Shown here: positions 23,739 through 34,098 of the stretch, piece by piece
Numbering within the stretch: the stretch's first letter is position 1
How the letters are laid out: each line of letters begins with the position of its first letter
From: Eledone cirrhosa
Lineage: Eukaryota
Direction of reading: 5' to 3'
Length of the DNA: 64,000 bases
NCBI GenBank assembly: GCA_964016885.1
Contig: OZ024745.1
Location: 118,792,001 to 118,856,000 of the forward strand
Notes under the pieces: model-generated
Database searches by the model: none
What the model was told of the DNA's origin: nothing
Seen by the model: only the letters and a program-made list of their open reading frames with translations
Program-made: the position numbers and the translations under genes

Positions 23739-23797
<59 letters not shown>

Positions 23798-23798
<1 letters not shown>

Positions 23799-24232
23799 TT
23801 CTTTATTAGACACAGGGGCACAAAAGGAGGGGACAAATACAAAGGGGGAAGTTTACATACAATAAAAACGTGTAAAATGTTATTACAAATGGAATTTAAA
23901 AAGTTAGTCGATTTTCCCCAATAGAGGGAGACAGTTTATATGGGTAACACATACCCCCGAAAAAAAATGTGCAACCCTCATCTCCAGGAGTACGAAGAGT
24001 TAGTACTCCTTTCCTCCTCCTCCTTTTCCTCAACCTACAGGCTGATATAGAGAGAAGGACCATTCACTCGGGCCATTCTCGCCACTTTCACCCACCTTTC
24101 ATAAAACTTGCTGGGGTACAGCACCTCTCTCTCCATCCTGATTCTTCTTCCAAAGTGGTATTTGAAAAAAAGAATCAGTTGTTGGCCGGAGAGAAAGGTG
24201 TCTGACCTCAGCCCTTTCAACCTTGTCCACCA
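23798..24232 (-). mobile_element. L1/Tx1-clade 3'-end fragment flanked by (GATA)n
   Basis: WTRLKGLRSDTFLSGQQLILFFKYHFGRRIRMER..FYERW resembles a Tx1 ORF2 C-terminus. It is followed by a 3'UTR ending AATAAAGAAA. Confidence 0.65.
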
Positions 24233-24825
24233 TACATAGATAGATAAATAGATAGATAAATAGATAGATAGACAGATAACAGTTAGACGGATACGCTACT
24301 GAAGAAAATATGAAAATATCGATTATATTTCTTCACTGAAGCGTGGAATAGCTGTGAGGTTAATGTACTCAACTGCTCACCATATACACGTACGTTCGTT
24401 ATTGTTCGACGATCGGAATCATTCTACGTTCAGTATTGAATAGTCCTGTTTCATTGTTCAGACATATAAACAAATGTAAATATACATATACATATTCATA
24501 CACATACACACATACATAAAGATACACATATATTCCTTTCTCTCTTTCTCTCCCCCCTCTGTATATATATATATATATATATATATAAGTGTGTGTGTAT
24601 GTGTATTGCACAAGAGTGTTGTTTATCTTATTTGTTACGTAGTAACCTCCTCACGATAAGCAGGTCCTAGCGAATCAAATCACTACATGTCAGTGGTTTA
24701 TCCCAGGTAGGTGATAATAAGTGAATTCATATGAATTCATATGCCGAACCACTTCATTACTGGATGGACGTGCATGACCACTGGCATATCACAATGATTG
24801 CGTAACCGCAACAATGATTGCGTAA

Positions 24826-24876
24826 GCATCTGACGATGTCACAGGAGTAACCATGTAACAGCAATATATATAATGC
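24826..24876 (+). ncRNA. Hammerhead with GCAA instead of GAAA (copies near 26280-26330 and 27666-27716)
   Basis: GCAT-CTGACGA-TGTcACAGG(agtaa)CCaTGTaACA-GCAA-TATATA-TA-ATGC. Confidence 0.7.
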
Positions 24877-24937
24877 GATAAACAATTATAGTGATTTAAT
24901 CATCCCGCCTTAAGTACCATTATTTGATTATATATAA

Positions 24938-25128
24938 GGGCGGTGGATTGGCAGTACCGGTAGAGGGTCGGACGCCATGCTTTCCAGCATAGTTACGTCC
25001 CTTTACGATCTGAGTTCAAATCCCGCCGAGGTTGACTTTGCCTTTCATCCTTACGGGGTCGATAAAATAAAGTACCAGTAATGTACTCGGTAATTGCTGG
25101 CCTTGTGCCTAAAGTAGAAACAATTATT
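24938..25128 (+). mobile_element. Family A SINE (copies at 26390-26580 and 27778-27966)
   Basis: Full-length match to the family A consensus. It is flanked by a CATTATTTGATTATATATA-like direct repeat, a putative TSD. Confidence 0.85.
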
Positions 25129-25341
25129 TGATTATATATATATATATATTTAGGTTTGTTGGTTCACCACTGGATAGAATTGGTCATTCCGTATGGTCAA
25201 TCTTGATGTAATATTATGGAGAATACTCAACGTAGTGCAGTTCACCCGTCTTCGTTTGTGTAGTTGGTGGTGTTAATACGGAGTTAATTATAAATAAAAT
25301 AACAGGAGGCTGGACTGGTGTAAATCTTTTAAAAGTTTATT

Positions 25342-25399
25342 ATACTATGATCATTTCAATGACCGTGTTCCGTATGAATCCGGCGATATCATCAGGTAT
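25342..25399 (-). ncRNA. Type I hammerhead, intact core but weak stem II (copies at 26801-26858 and 28184-28241)
   Basis: Minus strand reads ATAC-CTGATGA-[stem II]-GAAA-TGATCA-TA-GTAT. Confidence 0.7.
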
Positions 25400-25596
25400 T
25401 CGATGATACCTGATGAATACCTGATGATATTAGATAGATAGATAGATAGTTGTACCATTGTATTGTTGTACCATTGTATTGTTGTACCATTCTACTGTTG
25501 TACCATTCTACTGTTGTACCATTGTATTGTTGTACCATTGTATTGTTGTACCATTCTACTGTTGTACCATTCTACTGTTGTACCATTCTACTGTTG

Positions 25597-25627
<31 letters not shown>

Positions 25628-26008
25628 CAGTTAGACGGATATGTTACTGAAGAAAATATGAAAATATCGATTATATTTCTTCACTGAAGCGTGGAATAGC
25701 TGTGAGGTTAATGTACTCAACTGCTCACCATATACACGTACGTTCCTTATTGTTCGACGATTGGAATCATTCTACGTTCAGTATTGAGTAGTCCTCTTTC
25801 ATTGTTCAGACATATAAACAAATGTAAATATACACATACATATTCATACACATACACACATACATAAAGATACACATATATTCCTTTCTCTCTTTCTCCC
25901 CCCCCCCTCTGTATAAAGCGATGAAATGCCTATGACGGTTGGAAGACCACTGATGAAGGACAAACTTTTTCATATGTAACCCATTTGCAACGCCGCAGCT
26001 CCATTATT

Positions 26009-26063
<55 letters not shown>

Positions 26064-26889
26064 ATGTGTATTGCACAAGAGTGTTGTTTATCTTATTTGT
26101 TACGTAGAAACCTCCTCATGATAAGCAGGTCCTAGCGAATCAAATCACTACATGTCAGTGGTTTATCCCAGGTAGGTGATAATATGAATTCATATGCCGA
26201 ACCACTTCATTACTGGATGGACGTGCATGACCACTGGCATATCACAATGATTGCGTAACCGCACCAATGATTGCGTAAGAATCTGACGATGTCACAGGAG
26301 TAACCATGTAACAGCAATATATATAATGCGATAAACAATTATAGTGATTTAATCATCCCGCCTTAAGTACAATTATTTGATTATATATAAGGGCGGTGGA
26401 TTGGCAGTACCGGTAGAGGGTCGGACGCCATGCTTTCCAGCATAGTTACGTCCCTTTACGATCTGAGTTCAAATCCCGCCGAGGTTGACTTTGCCTTTCA
26501 TCCTTACGGGGTCGATAAAATAAAGTACCAGTAATGTACTCGGTAATTGCTGGCCTTGTGCCTAAAGTAGAAACCATTATTTGATTATATATATATATAT
26601 ATATATATTTAGGTTTGTTGGTTCACCACTGGATAGAATTGGTCATTCCGTATGGTCAATCTTGATGTAATATTATGGAGAATACTCAACGTAGTGCAGT
26701 TCACCCGTCTTCGTTTGTGTAGTTGGTGGTGTTAATACGGAGTTAATTATAAATAAAATAACAGGAGGCTGGACTGGTGTAAATCTTTTAAAAGTTTATT
26801 ATACTATGATCATTTCAATGACCGTGTTCCGTATGAATCCGGTGATATCATCAGGTATTCGATGATACCTGATGAATACCTGATGATAT

Positions 26890-26920
<31 letters not shown>

Positions 26921-26987
26921 TTGTACCATTGTATTGTTGTACCATTGTATTGTTGTACCATTCTACTGTTGTACCATTCTACTGTTG

Positions 26988-27022
<35 letters not shown>

Positions 27023-27403
27023 CAGTTAGACGGATATGTTACTGAAGAAAATATGAAAATATCGATTATATTTCTTCACTGAAGCGTGGAATAGCTGTGA
27101 GGTTAATGTACTCAACTGCTCACCATATACACGTACGTTCCTTATTGTTCGACGATTGGAATCATTCTACGTTCAGTATTGAGTAGTCCTCTTTCATTGT
27201 TCAGACATATAAACAAATGTAAATATACACATACATATTCATACACATACACACATACATAAAGATACACATATATTCCTTTCTCTCTTTCTCCCCCCCC
27301 CCTCTGTATAAAGCGATGAAATGCCTATGACGGTTGGAAGACCACTGATGAAGGACAAACTTTTTCATATGTAACCCATTTGCAACGCCGCAGCTCCATT
27401 ATT

Positions 27404-27450
<47 letters not shown>

Positions 27451-28258
27451 ATGTGTATTGCACAAGAGTGTTGTTTATCTTATTTGTTACGTAGTAACCT
27501 CCTCATGATAAGCAGGTCCTAGCGAATCAAATCACTACATGTCAGTGGTTTATCCCAGGTAGGTGATAATATGAATTCATATGCCGAACCACTTCATTAC
27601 TGGATGGACGTGCATGACCACTGGCATATCACAATGATTGCGTAACCGCACCAATGATTGCGTAAGCATCTGACGATGTCACAGGAGTAACCATGTAACA
27701 GCAATATATATAATGCGATAAACAATTATAGTGATTTAATCATCCCGCCTTAAGTACCATTATTTGATTATATATAAGGGCGGTGGATTGGCAGTACCGG
27801 TAGAGGGTCGGACGCCATGCTTTCCAGCATAGTTACGTCCCTTTACGATCTGAGTTCAAATCCCGCCGAGGTTGACTTTGCCTTTCATCCTTACGGGGTC
27901 GATAAAATAAAGTACCAGTAATGTACTCGGTAATTGCTGGCCTTGTGCCTAAAGTAGAAACCATTATTTGATTATATATATATATATATATTTAGGTTTG
28001 TTGGTTCACCACTGGATAGAATTGGTCATTCCGTATGGTCAATCTTGATGTAATATTATGGAGAATACTCAACGTAGTGCAGTTCACCCGTCTTCGTTTG
28101 TGTAGTTGGTGGTGCTAATACGGAGTTAATTATAAATAAAATAACAGGAGGCTGGACTGGTGTAAATCTTTTAAAAGTTTATTATACTATGATCATTTCA
28201 ATGACCGTGTTCCGTATGAATCCGGTGATATCATCAGGTATTCGATGATACCTGATGA

Positions 28259-28316
28259 ATACCTGATGATATTACCGGATTAATACGGAACCCGGTCATC
28301 GAAATGATCATAGTAT
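28259..28316 (+). ncRNA. Type I hammerhead, inverted partner of 28184-28241
   Basis: ATAC-CTGATGA-tATtACCGG..CCGGTcATc-GAAA-TGATCA-TA-GTAT, inside the inverted repeat 28130-28370. Confidence 0.75.
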
Positions 28317-28849
28317 AATAAACTTTTCAAGGATTTACACCAGTCCAGCCTCCTGTTATTTTATTTATAATAATTTATTATATATATATATATAGCCTCA
28401 TTTGTATTGCACCTAATCAAAGTAGGATTTATAAATATTTTAAATTATATAACTTTTGTAGTGTTGATGTGAGTATCCCGTCGAATTCAAAACTGTAGAG
28501 CCAGATATATAATTTTAAACTATAAAATAAGACAAGGGGAGGTAGTTAATTAATCAATTACTTTATGATCGTTTCAAAGAGCAAGATTATTGATGTGCTG
28601 ACTAGTCGATGGCAATTATGCAACCCTGTATTGTTTACCTCGAAAAATTCAAGTTTGAAATTATATTGTTTCTGAGGATAGACAGCAGAATGGATACATA
28701 ATTGTTATAAGTTGGTCTGCCACCAATAATCCAGAGTACTTGCAATACAGTGTTGCTGTACCCTCTTTAACTGTCAATAAAAACATCGCCTCTAAACCCA
28801 ATATTTCTATAAATATCTAAAATTGGATTGACTATGTTGTATATATATA

Positions 28850-29380
28850 TATATATAGCACATAGTTTGATATATAGTAAATTGGATATTGTATAGCACA
28901 TACTTCTATATGTAGAATATACTGGATATATAGCACACACTTGTATATATAGTATATATTTGGATATATAGCACATACGTACTTGGATATATATCATATA
29001 CTTGGATATATAGTACATATTGGATATATATCAGATACTGGATATGTATCACATACTTGTATATATAGTATTTACTTGCATATATATCACATACTTGTAT
29101 ATCATATACTGGATATATGGTATATACTGGATATATAATATATACTGGATATATATCAAATACTTATATATATATATATAGTATATACTTGTATGTATAA
29201 AACATACTTTTATATATACTATATACTTGGATATATAGTATATACTTGGATATATAATATATAGTTGTATATATATCACATACTTATATATATAGTATGT
29301 AGTTGTATATATAGTTTATAGTTGTATATATTGTATGTAGTTGAATATATATATCACATACTAGATATATAACACATATT
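28850..29380. repeat. Degenerate AT-rich minisatellite, unit about 20 bp
   Basis: Recurring CATACTTGGATATATAG-like units. Confidence 0.7.
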
Positions 29381-29743
29381 TGGCAGCTAGTTCGATTAAC
29401 AAATTAATAGCAAGGTAACAAGTTTTATTTCAATGCTAAAGTATCAAAGCCTATCTTGCAATAGTGCACGGGACATAGAAATACTGAGATCGTGAATCAG
29501 TGTACTAGACTCCATAGTTCTTGTCAGAACTTCCGTCTAGGACAGCTCATTACCACGTAATACTATTGCTATACATTTAGCTCCACAACCAAATCTTAGT
29601 CTTACCAAACACTACAACTGTTCCCTCTCTACGCAGCAGAGTCGTTAAAACACAGGAAAAAATGCATTATGGTATTCGTTCCGATTCTCTTCGCTCTGAA
29701 TTCAAATCCCACCAAAGTCAACTTTGCTTCTCATCCTTTAGAG

Positions 29744-30020
29744 CAGGCATGGGCAACCTTTTTCGAGAAGATATAGCTCATCATCAGGCCGGCCGCAAGC
29801 GCTAATTTACATTCGTGCCCACATTAAAAAAAGGGCGGTAACTCAAGTTGTTTTGATTTGTCTCTTCAGAATTCGTACACGTTGTTTTCCTCGATCGTAA
29901 AAATGATAGAACGATAAATTACGACTGAAAAGTTGGGGTAAAAAGATCAAAAAGATTTCACTTAGGTGACTTAGGCGGGCCATTCAAAAAGCTTCGCGGA
30001 CCGCAGGTTGCGCATGACTG
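29744..30020 (+). mobile_element. hAT (Charlie-like) MITE inserted into a family A SINE
   Basis: TIRs CAGGCATGGGCAACC / GGTTGCGCATGACTG; 8-bp TSD CTTTAGAG/CCTTAGAG. Confidence 0.85.
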
Positions 30021-30768
30021 CCTTAGAGGATGATACCATTAAGTATAAACCCAGAGTGCTGAATTGGCGATATTGTTTGAGCGACGGACAGAATGCCTTG
30101 CACTAAATAGAAAATATAGATCTAATCTAATCTTCAGAAATACGCGACAGTATGTCACATTCTAAAGATGACTCTGCCAGCCTGTCACCTTCATTTCAAA
30201 CAATGTGTCGTGAACAACCACATTGTCCTTTACTTAGCATCGCTCTTCCTTTTTGTTCGTCACCAGTCATGTTTCAAGATTTATAGACAGATTTCGAAAA
30301 CATATTTCAATTAGTATGATATGGGGCGCCATATTGACGGCGTTTCTTAGAGCATTTTAAAACGTGGCGGAATCCATCCCTTCTCCACGCTTGAGTACAA
30401 AAGATTTCTTTCAGAGAAGGATAGACAGTGAGAGAATGGAAGAAAGAAAATATATATAGAGGAAGAATCGACCACGATACTAGGCTGGTACTTTTTTTAT
30501 CGATCTCGAATGGATGAAAGGTAAAGTTGACTTCAATGAGTCTATGATAATGTAAATTACTACATCTCCGTGACACAATAGATACACATATAAAGAAAAC
30601 ACACTGGCACTACACTTCCTTTACATGAACAACACATGACTGGGAACAACAAAACAAAAATGTTGCTAAACATACTAGAACTCAGGATCGCTGATGATTT
30701 CTCATGACAGTTTCTCATAGTTTGAAACACCAAAGTCTCAGCGCAAGAACATGCTCAATTCTTTAAAC

Positions 30769-31059
30769 TAGTCATGCGCAACCTGCGGCCCACAAAGCTT
30801 TCTGAATGGCTCACCTAAGTCACCTAAGTGAAATCTTTCTGATTTATTTACCCCAACTTCTCAGTCGTAATTTATCTTTCTATCATTTTTACAATCGAGG
30901 AAAACAACGTGTACGAATTCGCAAGAGACAAATCAAAACAACTTGAGTTACCGCCCTTTTTTTAATGTGGGCACGAATGTAAATTAGCGCTTGCGGCCCG
31001 CCTGAGGATGAAACATATCTCATACGGCCCCGCTTCTCGAAAAAGGTTGCCCATGCCTG
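30769..31059 (-). mobile_element. Second hAT MITE copy, inverted
   Basis: Reverse complement of 29744-30020; degenerate TSD CTTTAAAC/CTCTATAC. Confidence 0.85.
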
Positions 31060-31567
31060 CTCTATACACACGTTGGAGTAGTACAGCTACCCACATACAC
31101 ACCCTTGACAGCATCAGAAAACGAAAAAGACCCCCCCAAAAAATTCCAAAACAAAACAAAACAAGACAAAGCCAAAAATAAATAAATAAATACACCCTCC
31201 CTAAAAAAAAAAAAATGAAAAAGGAAACAGCATTAGACTAATTAATAAAGATTCAATCAACAACATGTTACGACAACCGCGTTATAAATGCACTTCTTTG
31301 TTCCTCCCCTTTTTTATTATTACTCCTGCGACCGTTGACCCCTTGAATTAACAAATGACATCCACTATTAGAAGTTCAAGCTAAACTTCACGCCTATCGC
31401 CTTCACTAGTTTGGAGGCCTACAAAGGTCAGCAACTTCTTTTATTTCTCCACAGATTAATTAATGAAAAAATCTAATCGGAAATGTCACGTGTCTTTAAT
31501 CAGTTACGATTAGAAACGTAACTGATTAAGCGTGCTAATACATGCTTTTCTTCAACTGCATATTAGC

Positions 31568-31993
31568 TGTGTGTGTGTGTGTATGTGTGTGTATGTGTGT
31601 GCGTGTATGCATGTGTGTGTGCATGTGTGTGTGTGTATGTATGAATGTATGTGTGTGTCTGTATGTACGTATGCATGTATGTGTGTGTGTATGTATCTGT
31701 GTATGTATGTGTGTGTATGTATCGTGTATATATATGTATGTATGTGTATATATATATGTGTGTGTGTGTGTGTGTTTGTATGCAAGTATGTATGTATGTA
31801 TGTGTGTGTATGTATGCAAATATGCATGCATGTATGTGTATTTATGTGTATGTATATGTATGTGTGTATGTCTATATCTATGTGTGTATGTATGTACGTG
31901 ATGTATGTATGTATGTGTGTATGTATGTATGTATGTATGTATGTATGTATGTATGTATGTATGTATGTATGTATGTATGTGTGTGTGCATGTA

Positions 31994-32038
<45 letters not shown>

Positions 32039-32262
32039 GTATGTATGCATGTATGTAAGTGTGTCTATGTATGCATGAATATGTGTGTGTGTATGTGTAT
32101 GTGTAGGTATACATGTATGTATATATGTAAGCAAGTATGCGTGAATATATATATATGTATGTATGTGCTTGAATGAAAAGTATGTTCCCTCAAGTATGTA
32201 TGTGTAAGTGTATGTGTAAGTGTATGTGTGTGAATGTGTAAGTGTAAGTGTGTGAATGTGAA
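31568..32262. repeat. (GT)/(GTAT) compound microsatellite
   Basis: Seen directly in the sequence. Confidence 0.95.
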
Positions 32263-32289
32263 TACGTCACGGACATGAAAACACGTCAC

Positions 32290-32580
32290 TTCCTGGTTAG
32301 GTCGTTCCGGCCATGACTGTTAGGTTGTGAGTTCAATTCCCAGTGACTCATTGTGTTCTTGAGCAAGGCACTTGGTTTCTCGCTAATCCAGTGACTCAGT
32401 TGGCAAAAGTAAGTTCTAGCTGTAATTCAAATGGCCAGCCTTGTCACACACAGTCCCGCTGAATCTCCCTGAGAACTACGTTAAGGCTACACGTGTCTGT
32501 GGACTACTCAGTTACTTGCATGTTAATTCGATGAACTGGCTGTTCTGTTGTTGGAACAACTGAAACACTGGTCGTCTGAG
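32290..32580 (+). mobile_element. tRNA-derived CORE-type SINE (family B)
   Basis: GAGTTCAATTCC B box, TGTGTTCTTGAGCAAGGCACTT CORE-like block, and the shared 3' region. Confidence 0.8.
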
Positions 32581-32716
32581 CGTGAGTATGTAAGTGTATC
32601 TATGAACCTGTAACTCCCGAGGTAGCCGTAGGGTGGCGCTGCCTCAACATGCGGCATTTCTAGGGCAATTTTTATATGTTTTTAACCTGGCGGAGCCCAT
32701 CTCTCCCCGAGGTCCT

Positions 32717-34098
32717 CCTCTAATAGATTCGACTATAGGAACCCCCCCCTCTAATAGATTCGACTATAGGAACCCATCCCCCCCCTCTAATAGATTCGAC
32801 TATAGGAACCCATCCCCCCCTCTAATAGATTCGACTATAGGAACCCATCTCACCCCCTGTAATAGAGTCGACAATAGGAGCCCATCTCACCCCCTGTAAT
32901 AGAGTCGACTATAGGAGCCCATCTCACCCCCTGTAATAGAGTCGACAATAGGAGCCCATCTCACCCCCTGTAATAGAGTCGACAATAGGAGCCCATCTCA
33001 CCCCCTGTAATAGAGTCGACTATAGGAACCCATCCCCCCCTCTAATAGATTCGACTATAGGAACCCAGATCCACCTGTAATAGAGTCGACGATAGGAACC
33101 CATCTCACCCCCTGTAATAGAGTCGACAATAGGAGCTCATCTCACCCCCTGTAATAGAGTCGACGATAGGAGCCCATCTCACCCCCTGTAATAGAGTCGA
33201 CAATAGGAGCTCATCTCACCCCCTGTAATAGAGTCGACAATAGGAACCCATCTCACCCCCTGTAATAGAGTCGACGATAGGAACCCATCTCACCCCCTGT
33301 AATAGAGTCGACGATAGGAGCCCATCTCACCCCCTGTAATAGAGTCGACAATAGGAGCTCATCTCACCCCCTGTAATAGAGTCGACAATAGGAACCCATC
33401 TCACCCCCTGTAATAGAGTCGACGATAGGAACCCATCTCACCCCCTGTAATAGAGTCGACGATAGGAGCCCATCTCACCCCCTGTAATAGAGTCGACAAT
33501 AGGAGCTCATCTCACCCCCTGTAATAGAGTCGACAATAGGAACCCATCTCACCCCCTGTAATAGAGTCGACGATAGGAACCCATCTCACCCCCTGTAATA
33601 GAGTCGACGATAGGAGCCCATCTCACCCCCTGTAATAGAGTCGACAATAGGAGCTCATCTCACCCCCTGTAATAGAGTCGACAATAGGAACCCATCTCAC
33701 CCCCTGTAATAGAGTCGACGATAGGAACCCATCTCACCCCCTGTAATAGAGTCGACGATAGGAGCCCATCTCACCCCCTGTAATAGAGTCGACAATAGGA
33801 GCTCATCTCACCCCCTGTAATAGAGTCGACAATAGGAACCCATCTCACCCCCTGTAATAGAGTCGACGATAGGAACCCATCTCACCCCCTGTAATAGAGT
33901 CGACGATAGGAGCCCATCTCACCCCCTGTAATAGAGTCGACAATAGGAGCTCATCTCACCCCCTGTAATAGAGTCGACAATAGGAACCCATCTCACCCCC
34001 TGTAATAGAGTCGACGATAGGAGCCCATCTCACCCCCTGTAATAGAGTCGACAATAGGAGCTCATCTCACCCCCTGTAATAGAGTCGACGATAGGAAC
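32717..34098. repeat. 37-bp minisatellite with 4-mer (148-bp) higher-order structure
   Basis: Unit CCCCCTGTAATAGAGTCGAC(A/G)ATAGGA(A/G)C(C/T)CATCTCA. The GAGCTC variant recurs every 148 bp (33355, 33503 and onward). Confidence 0.95.

Larger units (their letters stand above)
24280..28272. repeat. Tandem triplication of a ~1.4-kb unit (family A SINE, two hammerhead motifs, microsatellites)
   Basis: Units start with AGTTAGACGGATA at about 24281, 25629 and 27025 and are near-identical apart from microsatellite length and one indel. Confidence 0.95.

Noticed and set aside
28558-28790. GAAA-CGATCA-TA half motif on the minus strand (related to 20050-20075) as a hammerhead with a large insertion
   Set aside because: There is no recognisable CUGANGA core at the expected position.
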